A DNA stretch of 53,420 bases, the filler included, from Basidiobolus ranarum (Eukaryota), in the NCBI GenBank assembly GCA_040143965.1. It is 3 parts of 3 records of this genome, joined end to end, with 100 filler letters (N's around TTAATTAATTAA, not from the genome) between each part and the next. Parts side by side here need not be neighbours in the genome. Positions count along the whole stretch, not along the records: positions 1 to 17,757 come from JASJQH010007168.1; 2 more parts are not named here. One strand, written 5' to 3'. Both the position numbers and the translations under genes were made by a program. Shown here piece by piece: positions 1-12,723 of the stretch (positions within the stretch are counted from its first letter, which is position 1; every line of letters begins with the position of its first letter). The notes below the pieces were generated by a model that was not told the origin of the DNA, did no database searches, and saw only the letters and a program-made list of their open reading frames with translations.

Positions 1-61
1 TACAGGTTCATTGAACGCTTTACCCTTGGATCTACCCTAACAGTTAGCAAATACTCTTGGT

Positions 62-2154
62 GTTATCCAGAAAAAGCACGAAAACGGCGAAGAGTACCCG
101 ATAAGAAGAATGTGGACTCAGAGGTAGAACAACGACTTAAAAGGTTAGAGAGTATAATACTCTCCTCAAAAATAAAACCTGCTGAAAATACTACCGAACC
201 GGCGATCTCACATAAGCCTGCACCCTCTGAGCCCCCCGAAACCGAACCGTGTAGAGATTCTTTCTTTAATATACCCAAACAGGTACACGGAATAGAGCCT
301 AACGTGTCCCCGCATTGGAATCGTCGTCGGTTTGTAGTCAAAGATGGGCAAATGCCGGATGCAAAACTTCGTAAACGTTTAATAGAAACATATTTTAAAA
401 CCCTTCATCATATACAAGCTATGATACACCCCCAAACGTTTATGCAGCGAGAACAAAGAGGAGAGAATTCGGATCTTTTGATTTTGGCAATTTGTGCTGC
501 AACCTCAATTTTTGTTGAAGAGGCTGAAAACTCCAATACCCCACCATACTACTTGGGAGAACCTTTTGCCTCGCGAGCTCAGCATATAATCCAGCAAAAT
601 TTAATGAAACCGTCTCTAGAGACTGCCCAAGCGCTTGGTACTCTTTTTATATACGAATTTAATGCAGGAAATTTTGGGATTTGCCAAATGTATTTAGAGT
701 TGGCCTTCCATTATATCAAATTATCTAGAATCTATCGATTAGATGAAGACTATCAGGACGACACTCTACTTTCTCCGAAGCTCTGGGTTGAAAAAGAAAC
801 GAAAAGACGGATCTTCTGGCTCATTACCATCAAAGATAGGATTATTAGTAGTGAGCTAGGTGTCCCTCAGCTGGTGGATTTGTTCGACTGTGAAGTTCAG
901 CTGCCGTGCGAGGAGTACTACTGGGAACACAGTCTGCCCATTACCAATGTCGAAAAAATGGATTCTGATGAGGAAGAAATGGCCATAGGCATGTCTTGTG
1001 CACCTACGGGTACACTGTCTTCGCACCCAAATCAATATGGTATCCGCATCAAAATTATCCTGATACTGGGTCAGATAAGTCGCTATGCCAATCGACCAAA
1101 AACCAAACAAATCTTGTCTAAACGGTCTTTAACTGCACGTTTCGCAGTGCTTGAGTATGCCCTTTCGGCATGGTGGCATCATTTGCCTCCTGAATTGAGA
1201 AAAGATGACAACATGAACTCGGAGTCGGTCATCCCTTCAGTGGAGCTGATTCAGCACTACAAAATGGTGTATTACGGAGCAACCATTCTTTTGCATCGAA
1301 CATACCTTGCCCACATGGCTGATTTGTATAATAACACATCGCAATCGGTCAACCCCTCGATCCAAGATGTTGGGATTTCTGTACCTGAATCATGCCGCGC
1401 TTCCATGACCAAGTGCACCTCCACAGCATTTGCGGTGACGAGAATGATCGAGAATTACCAACAATTTAAGCTCTCTTGGTTCAACTTGTTTTCCTCGCAA
1501 ACAGTGTTTCTGGCTTCCACGATTCATCTGAACAACATTTTCTCATCGACGGGGGATCTGAAAGAGCAATCGAAAAAGGCATACGAAATAAACGTCAACT
1601 TTCTTAAAAGTATCAAAGATTGCCGGGCCTTGGCTGAATTTCAGCTTAAAATACTGCAGAAGTTGGAGTTGGTGTGCTCGAATATCAATCGTCATCCGAA
1701 TTCTAAGCAACATCCTGGCACCATCAGTATGCAATGGATTGCCCCTACCTCTACTGGATCGATTACTTGGCAGGACACCCTAGAAGAGGCCTTCGATCGA
1801 TATTGCGACACTCCCTTCAAAGATTTGACGGAGGCATCGCTTCATCAACGAACGGACATTCTTGCGTCACCCGACAATCCATTTAGAGTTGGGTTTAGTC
1901 AGGACGTCATACCACTCCCAGAAATCAACATCAACCTAAATCCCTCACAGCTTCAAGTAGCAGGTGATCCCAATGATCCGAATCCCAATTACAGCTCACC
2001 AGACTTAATAATACAGGAAAAATGGAAATCAGAGCTGAATCCTGTTTGCTATGATCGCTTGTTTGTAGAGAAAATATACCAGGAGTCGGGACTCTCCTCG
2101 GATTTCTTTGACTTTTTCCCGTTATTCGACACTACAGACAACCTTAATATCTAG
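62..2154 (+). CDS. Fungal-specific transcription factor (Fungal_trans/middle homology region); Zn2Cys6 domain not present in window
   Basis: Intronless 680-aa ORF. Basic linker YPEKARKRRR and coiled-coil VEQRLKRLES, then LIETYFKTLH..MIHPQTF, PSLETAQAL, WVEKETKRRIFWLITIKDR and DCEVQLPCEE, typical of Zn cluster TF middle regions. The frame is open back to base 1, so the true start is unresolved. Confidence 0.8.
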
Positions 2155-3570
2155 ATCAGCAAACCGGGACGGGCGGTATATATCGAGTATCTGTATATCA
2201 ACGAGTCACTGATACGCAAGAGATGTTCTGACAAAACCTCGTAGCACTCTGATATGTTACAGTCCACTTCTACTGCGATTGATTTATAAATTTTGACCCG
2301 CGTACTTGTATCCCTCAATTAGCTATTTCCGGTAGAGCAGCCCTATGGGTATGTTGTACCAACATCTTAATTCCAAACTAAATGAATTCCCTGTTTGAGA
2401 TTTCTTTCTCCCTTGGAATCTTTCAATTAATCTTACCAGATATGGCGGGTTATATTATTAGAGTATAATTCTTCTGGATATGGACCTCTGTGTCAAATGC
2501 AAACAAGTGTTAACTCTCTGAAATGCATACTCTGATATAGTCAAATCCATTCAAGTCATCCATATCTACGCTGTGGGTTGAAAGTGTTACAATTGGGAAT
2601 TGTTCACCTATTAGAACAATATCAATTAGCAAATCTAACACCAGTTAATTATGCCAGTTTTGCTCCTATGTAATATATAGCAGGATGTTCCCTGATTTTT
2701 CTCTTTTCATTCACTCTGGGAGAGGCATTTTGACATGCCATATAGGATGATATATTTCGTACTTCACATATTTTACAAGTTTCTTGCCATTCTTTCCACT
2801 CACCCAAATGTATTCTCGGCTTTGATATGTATTCTGAGGAAACCAAAATGTTTGAACCAATTCGAAAAGCAATACAGTGATTAAGAAGTTATTGTTAAGC
2901 AAATAAATAAATATAATATATGTAATTCTCTTCCGTTTTACTCGTTTGGCTAACAACCGTTCTGATACAGTCAATATTAGTAATCGTGTATAGTAATCAT
3001 CAAGATTCTGGTAGCAGAACTCACACACTTGTAATTCTGAAGATGTTGTCCAGCTCAAACAATGTGGCTCACTTTGGTATCACTGTAGTAGTACTATGTG
3101 TAGCTCAGAGGTCAATTCAGGCAAGCTCGAATGTTCAGTTTCATTTTAATAAATAGTAGGAAAATTCATCCATAGATTTGATATGTGGGTTGATTTGTGT
3201 GAATTGTTACTTGATTAATATATATTTACTAACTCAGGTGTGACATATAATACAATGCTTACACCTTGTATAATATATCTATTGGCTATTCACTGAATTT
3301 CATAAGTCAAAACCCTGACATATATTTGATATGCTTATTAAAATCAATATTTTCAAACTGGTCAAACACTCCCCAAAAGACCTTATTATACATTCTTAGC
3401 TCCTAAGAGCAAATACTGATTGTTATTACTTTAAATTTATCACTCAAGTTTAAATATTTACTATGTATTCAACAATAAGAGCCAATCAAATTTCATTATC
3501 TCGACCCTAAATTCTGGCAATAATATCATATAGTTGGATGTGGAAGTGGTGATTAAATCCGTGATAAAAG

Positions 3571-3591
3571 TATATATATATATATATATAT
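3571..3591. repeat. (TA)10 microsatellite
   Basis: tatatatatatatatatatat read directly. Confidence 0.9.
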
Positions 3592-4022
3592 TCAACCCGC
3601 ACTTCTAGTGTGTTTTGTACTCAGTTCAATGAGGTCAAACATCTCTCCATTCCATAGTCACTGGACACCATTCTTCCTAATGTATATGTTGTAAATACCC
3701 CCCTATTCAATAAGGTACGTTATGATTTGCATTGAAAAAAGGGAGTCGGCTACACATATAGTGCACAGTAAACAAAACCCAGTAAGTACAGTATATTTCT
3801 AACAAATACATCTCTATTGTGGCACACCAACCTGTGTGGGTTTTTTAAGGATATTTTTTATTTCCAATGGCCAAGCAATATTCACTAACTATTTTAATAG
3901 AATTGAAATTGAAGAGAACTGATTTCAATACTTTAACATATAAAGGCACTTACGAGGAAATGCTAAAGACAACCAATAAATATACTAAACCGATCACTTG
4001 AAGCTGCTGCCCATTTTCGAAT

Positions 4023-5024
4023 TCACATCGTTGATGAGATGATAAGTGATTGATTGTTAGTTTCCGGGATCCTTCCCGAATCTTCATAGAAAACATCTAG
4101 CGACCAATCTAACAAGAATGGCATTTCAAGAGTGTCGAATCTACTCATGACATAGTTCCACGCTGCACTACGATTAGGCTCCAGTAGAGCTTCTTCAAAT
4201 GTGTTGAGGTACTGGATATTACTATCGATTACCTCCACAGTCGCGATAGAGGAGTGGTTTTCATTTCCAATATGGCCGGCAATGACCGTAGTACCATTCA
4301 GAGTCATCTCTCTAACCTTTTGCAAGGTCTGAAGCCACTCCTGTCGCTGCTCCTTCTCAGGACTATCAGCCACAAGTACATGCATTCCTGCGACAACCAA
4401 GTCAGCAGCTACCAGTGTGTTGACAGAAGGCACATAGACAGATACTACGGGATACGTATCACCACGGCCAATGCGCAGAAATTCCACATTTTCCCCATCA
4501 ATAGCAAGTGTATCGTTGGTAAAAGGTGTTGGAATGTAGGACATCTTTGGAGAATCCCTATAATAAGGATAAGGTCTATAACTGGCTGAACCACCTGCGG
4601 CATTACCTTGTTCAATGCCCTTTACAGACTCGGGGGAACTGTAGACAGGAGTATTGGGAAACACCTTGAGTACTTCCCATACTCCCCAATGGTGATCAAC
4701 ATGCTCATGCGAGATATAGATTGCGATGAGTTTCTTATTCATAGCCTTAAGTTTCTTTGCAAGCTCAGCCCCCTCGGAAGTGCGTAACTGGGAGTCGACC
4801 AGCATCATTTCAGTAGGACCGTGAATGATAGTGGATATGACTAAATGCCCTTCAACGCCTGGGTTATACGGAGTGACTTGCAAAATCGATTGATTATTGG
4901 AGCAATTACTGCAGTGGACTGCAGTAGGGATCTCTTGAGAAAGAACTGGTACGGGGCTCACCACTGCTGGCATCATTGTCAGCATCATAGTAGCTAGCAC
5001 AGATAGAGCCTGGATAGATTTCAT
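4023..5024 (-). CDS. Secreted metallo-beta-lactamase-fold metallohydrolase (bacterial Vmh-like type)
   Basis: Intronless 333-aa ORF. Hydrophobic N-terminal signal peptide; LVDSQL, HxHxDH motif (SHEHVDHHWG), AADLV and terminal IAGH metal ligands. Confidence 0.85.
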   Translation of the reverse strand: MKSIQALSVLATMMLTMMPAVVSPVPVLSQEIPTAVHCSNCSNNQSILQVTPYNPGVEGHLVISTIIHGPTEMMLVDSQLRTSEGAELAKKLKAMNKKLIAIYISHEHVDHHWGVWEVLKVFPNTPVYSSPESVKGIEQGNAAGGSASYRPYPYYRDSPKMSYIPTPFTNDTLAIDGENVEFLRIGRGDTYPVVSVYVPSVNTLVAADLVVAGMHVLVADSPEKEQRQEWLQTLQKVREMTLNGTTVIAGHIGNENHSSIATVEVIDSNIQYLNTFEEALLEPNRSAAWNYVMSRFDTLEMPFLLDWSLDVFYEDSGRIPETNNQSLIISSTM

Positions 5025-5121
5025 ATTTGGCGATGTTTCTGGTATCAGGTAAGGAAGAGTACAGTGAAAGAGTTGTTAGCAGAAAGTTAAGAATGACTTT
5101 ATTTTGAAGAGAGCTATGACC

Positions 5122-5129
5122 TATTTATA
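5122..5129 (-). promoter_or_regulatory. Putative TATA box of the MBL hydrolase gene
   Basis: TATAAATA on the minus strand about 100 nt upstream of the ATG at 5024. Confidence 0.4.
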
Positions 5130-6296
5130 CTTCGGCTGAGTTGGATCAATATACAGATGATACTGACTGAACCAAGCTCAATGTCAAGCATGAAGCATAA
5201 ACAAACGCCGCCGCCATGTGACGATATCTTATTGATTTCTTGACCTTTGAAAGTGGAAGTAGGCAAGAGTCAGGAAAAATATGGAAAAAAGTCAAGTGCG
5301 GATTGGTAATCTGAAGATGCAAACATTGACTAATCCTGAAAAGAAAGTGTATATTATTCTAAACCAATATGACTTGGTGAATGTAATTTATGCGTCCAAT
5401 TCCGAATGGTGGGAGAACTGCCCACTCATTCAAATTTGCTGATTATAATAGTATATAGCGAATAAGAAGCATGGTGCTGATCATTCAGAGTATGTGACGA
5501 GTATATGATATGCAAAGTCAAACCGGATAAACATAGAGGCCAGGTACAGGGCGGGGTTTCCTTAATAGGTTAGCAGCTCCGCTACTAAATAAGCATGTTT
5601 ACACCACGAATCGTCTTTGTAGTCACATTCTTTACAAGTATTACAAACCTAGCAAATGCAATTTAATAGCTTTTGCAAAGGTCACTGATGTGCTAAATGT
5701 ATGACAACTAGGGGAGCGTGGTTAGGTAGAGCGAACCTTTTCGTTTGTTTTAACCTGGTGCCTGCTGTTTACATTTCTAGAGTACTATTCTTTTAGTCTA
5801 GTCACATTCCAAACACATAAATAGCTTCAAACGAAGATTTAACCTCCATACCAGTGGAGGTAAGCGGATACAACCAAGGGTAACATGTTCATACTCCCGG
5901 TAGTATCTTTCTCAATTAGTCTGCTTACTATTTATTATACGTATATATATTGAAATTGATTGTGTATTTCGAAACGGCCAGCCATTGGGGGAGTTGTAGA
6001 CGGAATTAACGCCAAACTGGATCATTTGCTATGATGTGTAATTACATGCTATGTCTGATCAAATCATGTCCAACTTCGTCTATCAAGTTGGATGCCTTTC
6101 AGCAAACTGTTATTGTACGAATTACCAACAATAAAAATCTCTTTTACCCAACGGTCTTGAAGTACTATACTACGCCTTCGAAAGAATCGAGCCACGCCTA
6201 TTTTTACGTTTAAACAATCTTAGGAGCTAATCCAGAGAAGTGTCTTGAATCTAACAATAGACCGGCAGTGTAATCACCCATTTGGATTAAGTTAGA

Positions 6297-6429
6297 TAGA
6301 AGTTCTCAGATATATAGATTTTTCAAAGAAGCCCCAAACTTTGCACATATGTTCCTGGGACCTTTCTTAGCACATTCTACACGTTAGCTTGTTTATATCT
6401 TGACAAAACTATATATCTGAGAACTTCTA
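6297..6429. mobile_element. Short MITE/foldback-like element
   Basis: Perfect 21-bp inverted repeat (6297-6317 / 6409-6429, tagaagttctcagatatatag) with TA at both outer ends. Interior 6327-6386 matches 35148-35207 at 51/60 nt by manual alignment. Confidence 0.55.
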
Positions 6430-7403
6430 AGTAAATTCCTCATGAGAATAATGGGTAATATCTTAGTTCAATATAAGATAACTAAATACTAAGCTATATA
6501 TAGGCAATGCTAATTTCAACAATTCAGTGGCTGTTAAAGCTTTGCAGTACCTTACAGACTTGAAGACAGCTAATTTACCATGAACAATACTATGGGCCTA
6601 TAAGACAGAAGATGATTCAAGACCTTAGCAAACGAAATTATTGTATACCAATGAGTAAGATGTATGATCTCTGGATATATGGTACAAGTGGGAGTAATCA
6701 GGCAAAGTTGAGCTGGCTACTTCTTTGTAGTGTATAATCATAGGAGCATATACAGTACTCCTAGACTTGTGATATGCAACTTAGAGTTCCAAGTTTCAAG
6801 AACACTTCAAACAAAAATAACACTAGTTTCTTAATTAGGAAATCTAATCAAAGAATGGAGTGCAATATTATGGACGGGCTTAATGGAGCTGACACTTGAC
6901 TGAGCGATGTAAAATGATCGAGGCTCATCAAATAGAGAAATAAATGAGTTGTTCGAATCCCATAAACTCCCATTTCGGTTGAAATCAACAAAAAGAAATA
7001 GACTTAGTTGTTGTTCCTTACTTACATTTAAAGATCCGCTTACCATAAGCTAGTCCATGCATCTATGATTAGTTTGCAAATGGCGCGGACCAAGAGCATT
7101 ACCTGAATTATAATACATCCTACCTGGTATCCTTCAAGATGCCTGATGGGTTTGATGTTTCGCTTTTTCAGTACAGTCAATCCATATTTGAATTACTCAC
7201 TACATGTCAACGAACACAAATGCGGTTATCTGTTTATCGACGTAATTTCATCCGATACATTGCTTGATGGTTGAAAACAAATGGTTGGGTAGGGCATTTG
7301 CGTGGCTCAAAAGGACATAAAATCAACCATTTTACACATATTATGGATGATTGCATGTTATTTCATATGCTGAATTTATTAGGAATAAGGGTTATTATTG
7401 TAT

Positions 7404-7850
7404 TTAAACCAGTAAAGTGACGGCAAGAGCTGCAATAGCCACTACTCCAGAGCTCAGTACAAATTTCGATGATGAATTCTTGGTACTTTCAGTTGGCGCC
7501 GCAGTATTATTGGTACTGGGGCTAGATGATGCTAGTTCTGAGGCGCACTCCTTCTTGAGTCCCTCCAGAGTATTAGACGGATCTTCAAGATCCAACTTTT
7601 GGGTGATTAGAGAGCACTTCAAACAATGACTTTCGTAAATGGCGAAAATTTTCTCGGTGCATACACACTGTGCCATCTGAGTTTGGTCAGGCATCTTTCC
7701 TGCCAGTACATCCGTCATGCAAGGCATAGTCCCATAGCATGTGATGCAGTTGGGATCCGAAGTGATATCCGTTAGCTCAACAGCAGGCAGAGCAAGGGTG
7801 GCGCTAGCAAGAGAAGCAATAAGATAGATAGATGAGTGACCAAATTTCAT
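7404..7850 (-). CDS. Small secreted, probably GPI-anchored 8-cysteine protein (CFEM-like architecture)
   Basis: Likely start MKFGHSSIYLIASLASATLA (ATG 7850, signal peptide). Eight Cys including CVC and CLKC, a Ser/Thr-rich stalk, and a hydrophobic C-terminal tail (SSGVVAIAALAVTLLV). 148 aa. Confidence 0.8.
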   Translation of the reverse strand: MKFGHSSIYLIASLASATLALPAVELTDITSDPNCITCYGTMPCMTDVLAGKMPDQTQMAQCVCTEKIFAIYESHCLKCSLITQKLDLEDPSNTLEGLKKECASELASSSPSTNNTAAPTESTKNSSSKFVLSSGVVAIAALAVTLLV

Positions 7851-10019
7851 ATTAACGAAAAAATTGAAGAGAAATTGATGCCAAATTAGATTCTTAAATA
7901 AGAATTTTTGTGAGTTCATGCAATCAGAACACAACGAGGAGCATAATATCGAACATAATTGATGGTAAATGAAGAGAAACTAATTTGGGGTTGGTGTTCA
8001 AAACTATTGAAGATTCACTGTGATGCTTGATGTTGTGCTCTAACGCGTTCCATTAGAATAGTTCTTTTGACATTTCAAATTTAACTGCTACTTGACTTAT
8101 ATTTGTGAATGAGTGCACAAACAAAAAGTCCCACTAAATGTAACACGATGACTTCATAGCAACTTTTGACTAGGCCCTGGATTAATTAGCTCAGATTTTC
8201 TTGTTTATAATACTTGCCAAATGACTGATTATAGTTGTTTGCTGGTAATTCCTACTAGTTAGATGTACAACTCTGATGCTCTTATGAGAGTCGCACAAAT
8301 TTAACGTTCTACCTTCATCCACCTTCATATGGATTAATCAGGGAGGTCGCTGGTGTTAACCGTCATGTGATTCCACTTTTGTTGATAATCTAAACAATTA
8401 ATAAGGATAGCTTATTTCAATATAGGGTTACTACCCTTAATATAGATTTGATACACTGTATATAACAAAATAATTAATTGAACATGCGTTGTTTTGCCTT
8501 TTTAATGGCTCACCTAGCTGTACACAATTTAAGAGTCTTTTGATCCATAGTCCTACTATCCTTCTGCTGTGCTTGCAATGAAACAAATGTACTTGCATCA
8601 CCAGTAGATAACAATGCATTGAAAAGCTGCGTGGTTTTTTGCGCTATTATTGGCGTAGCGGAGGAGTATGTAACCAGTAGCTGGAACCATGTATTCACCA
8701 ATTGTGAGCAAGATTATCTTGATTTATATTTCTTTGAGGGACATACCAAGTATACTCGTGTATTAAAGCGGGCAAGAGCTTGTTGGTAAGACAGATGTAG
8801 CAATATAGGGTTAGATATGGGAAGTGATAAGGATAAAGAAAGAACTTTTTCCAAGAATGTGACGCATGATAGATACTATGTATTTTTGAGCCACCAGGGC
8901 AGACTTGGTATTTTTCATAGGTAGCGTTAAATCAAATATTCTATTTCTTCAAGGAATTTTTGATTGTTGTTTACAAAAGATCCCTCAGATTAGGGGCTGA
9001 CGGTCAAATTTTTGCTGTAATTATTTGATATATGAAGTTAGCCTAGCATAGAGTCCTCAATTCTAGTGAGGCATTCTAATCACTGCGCTACCGGTGCTAA
9101 TATTCAATTGTCTATTCCAGATTTAGTAAACTCGAGCAGCTTAAATACAAAGTGTCAGGAGGAGTATTTTGGTATCGAACGAATAGCTTGCTCTGTTGGG
9201 GCCTAGGTTAAAGAGAGAAAGATTCCCCATATTGAGATGCATATGCGTTACATCAAATTGATTTGAATGCACATGATTTGAATACAGATATTTGTCTTAG
9301 CAAGCAGAAAGGATAACCATTATAGTCTTTGAAAATCCATAGATCAGGGCTCAAATAGGTGTATCATATTATTGATATATCATCAGTCGAAACCAGAGCA
9401 TGCATTTGGATGCATTGATGACATCCCAAAAGCAAATTTCTTCAAATTCCTCCACAGTTCCTCAAAACTTCCTCCTCGATACTTCTTCAAACTCTTAATT
9501 ATTGGTCAGTTGTAGTTCTATTTTCATCAATTAGCACCTAAAGTGCTTTTCAAATACTTGGAGCTAGTATTTCATAGAACTGAGATATCTAGTAACCCAG
9601 TCTTATACTGGAGCTCTAATGCTGAAGGTATACATGCTCAAGACTAAACCTAAATATCATATTTTGAAGCAGTATGTATAGATCAAAAGAGAAGGTGTAC
9701 CAGAGTGTGCAAGAGCAACATTATGATAGAGAAAATGGTGAGGTAGGTATAAATATATCATTCAGAATGAAATCATCAGCAACAGCAACGCTAGGAGCAT
9801 CTTGGCATCTTAATCTTTAAAACTTTACAATTCAGGACTGCTAATGCTTTAATTTGACAATCATATAGTATCTTCAAGATATTGATGTTTCAAATGCTAC
9901 TGATACTAATGAATAGCATACTATGGAGGATATTGCGTAATGGCATCAGGAACCCTCAACAATAAAAGATAATGAAGTTCGGCTCATAAAGTCTTCAAGA
10001 TTTTAATAAATATGTACCG

Positions 10020-11045
10020 ACTTCTCTATCATCTTATCGACCGATATTCAAGAGCACATCCTTTTTTATGTTGCAAATACTTTTCCAAACTTTGACTTTT
10101 CCAGTAAAACCACACATCACCTTGGAACATTAGTAACCATCCAAGATGGACCAGGTTTCATATAAGAAGCCTTGATAAAGGCATAAACTGATGCTCCAGT
10201 GACTCCTATTGATTTACTTTTTATTATGGTGATTTATTTACTCTGAAATACATAATCTTACTTATTGGTGATGGATGCAAGAGGTATGACACTGAAGCAA
10301 AATTACTTTCATAAGTGAAGGGAAAATCCATGTATTAGGATACTTGTCTTAGGACATCTGCAAGCTGATAATATTACCCAGGCCAAAGAGTACATTGACA
10401 ACATAAATATTTCAAATTTGCTCAAGTCTTTGTTATTGATGGCCTTTGGGAAAGAAGAGACGCACTTACAGGTACTGGAGACTTTCGGGACATCTACACT
10501 ATCCCGATTCCCATTCCACAAAAAAGAAATCAAAAGATGTGTTACTTTTTCTGGTGGACCTTGCCACGATATCTTCAAGCACTACACAGTGTAAAAAGTT
10601 CATTAAATATGTGATTGATATGGTCACTTGGAGCTTGTTAAGTTGGTGCCTTGCTTGCGGGGCAATCAACTAGAAGGTCTCTCTCACCGATTCATGTACA
10701 ATAGTCAGAATCAAGAATTAATTGAAAACTTACTGGAATTGGGCATTATCCACACAACTCCACTGCAAGTTTAACTTAAATGTTATTCAGAGAGGGCCTC
10801 TTTTGTAGCATGATGGAAATCGCTTTGAATGGAATTCAGAAACCAAGCAAACGATCCGAAAAGATATATTAGTAAAAAACTCTCTACCAAACTCTCTACC
10901 CTTCAACAATATGTTGCTCAAGGACACTCTGTTGGAACTAATACGCTCTGAATATACTGAGGTCCATAGCAGCCAGCTTTTAACCACACTTTTAGTGGAA
11001 CAAACTTTCTCGAGTTATTCCATATATATAACCAGAGGAAGTGAG
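10020..11045 (+). pseudogene. Degenerate protein-coding remnant, family unassigned
   Basis: Several long ATG-less plus-strand frames broken by stops (e.g. PCIRILVLGHLQADNITQAKEYIDN...EIKRCVTFSGGPCH; GNRFEWNSETKQTIRKDIL...). Confidence 0.3.
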
Positions 11046-11781
11046 TCATACTACCTTACACGGCACTGTGGTTAGTCAGGGCAGGTCCTTTTGTTGAAGG
11101 TGAAGATGTACTTGTTAATCATGAATCTTAATAATGATAAAAGGCTTGCTGGATTGTAATACTCATCAATCAGTAGTCTGCATAATAATAATCGCAATAA
11201 ATATATTCTAGTTACAATGGTGAACTATTCTGGAAGTCAAATTCATCCAATTCCCTTTGAACATATATATTTCTAATACTTTCCATGCTTGTATCCATAT
11301 CTTTCTTAAAAGCATCATGCTCATATTGGACTTTGTTGGCCCTTATTTGACTTCTTTTAAGCCGTGATCAGACCATAAAGTATATTGTACGTTTAAAGAT
11401 AAAAATTTTGGCTATGTTATATTCATATTTAAATACTTGTCTAGTATAAGTGCGATAGTACCATACACCAATCAGATAATGCAAGCATTCAATCAATGCT
11501 TCAATAAATAGTAATAATAGATGTATATCGCTAACTTGTATTTCACTTGTCTTTAGAATTATTTAGAATGACGCAGCCTAATCTACCGCAGATCACTTGC
11601 ATAAGCATAACTGTATATTACGTTGATACAATCTGATAACTTATAACACTAAACTAACCATTTCGAGCAACATGTTCGAGTAAATATGGTATTCATCATT
11701 TTGGTAAGAATATCATTGATACCGACATATTTATAACCCAAATAGTCGTGAAGTTGGTATTAGCTCAGTCATAGCTTAAAC

Positions 11782-12323
11782 AATGCAAATATCCATGGAC
11801 AAGACAATTCTGACATCAAGTATCAATCGGAACCTAGCTTTGAAGTTGAAGGTGGCAGTGTGGAATCTGACCATGGATAAGTTGTTGCTTCTGGATTAAA
11901 TGGTGATAGTTGTATTCTACACCTGGAGGGAGCGTACAAAACCCCACAGGATTCTGAGGGCGGCATAGAAATTGCTCCAACACCACCAGCGGATGATTCT
12001 AATTCTAAAGATGCTTTACCGCCTCAAGCATCAGATTCAGGGTTAAATAGTGAGAGTAACGCTGTACAAGGTACACAGATTCAGTAGATGCTATACCCTT
12101 CTATCTAACCTCACAGTTAGCAAGTACTCTTGGTCAGTCTTTACCTCAGCAAGCATTACCTGATCAGGTTCAAGGGAATTCAGTACAAGCAAGCCATGGC
12201 TTGTCCGATTCGAATCAGTTTGATCAAACATTACATCGAGCTTCACAGCCTAGTGAAGTAGAACAACCTCCTTCACCAGAAGAGCCCGAATCCTCAGGCT
12301 CAAGGTGTAGCAGGTGTAATTAA
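11782..12323 (+). pseudogene. Disrupted Ser/Pro/Gln/Asp-rich low-complexity coding sequence
   Basis: Reads NANIHGQDNSDIKYQSEPSFEVEGGSVESDHG*VVASG...AVQGT, then frameshifts to TDSVDAIPFYLTSQLASTLGQSLPQQ...EEPESSGSRCSRCN*. One in-frame stop and one frameshift. 12074-12134 is homologous to window bases 1-61. Confidence 0.5.
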
Positions 12324-12723
12324 AGGTATGATATCAACACATTATGTGATTAGCATATATTCATTAATGTCACGCATTAAGCAATAAACCATTCAAAGGT
12401 TAAAAATATTAATAATCCATTTGACGTCTTCTAAGCAATGATTAGGCCGCAAAGGTCATAGTGAATTTCAAAGTAGTAATCCTCTTCTAACAATCTTACA
12501 TTTATTTTTAAATGACACTTGTCTACAGCAAATCCCATAATTTCAAACAGCAAGTAAACCCCTCACTCGTATATATCTGAAGATGACGTTTGCTTTGTAG
12601 TATACGATATCAAGCTGTAAACAATGTTAGGGTATCTCAAATGTTTGGAATTAGCCTAACCCTTTGCGGGTAGCGCATTATTACTCATCCACTAGCTTGG
12701 TATTAGTGTCTGTGTTGGGAAAC

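Noticed and set aside
7851-7934. N-terminal extension of the 176-aa ORF
   Set aside because: Non-ATG start; the signal peptide begins at the ATG at 7850.
8437-8701. Short minus-strand ORFs with a GDAS motif faintly like Fanzor RuvC-II surroundings
   Set aside because: No DPG, catalytic E or zinc-finger motifs nearby; similarity too weak.
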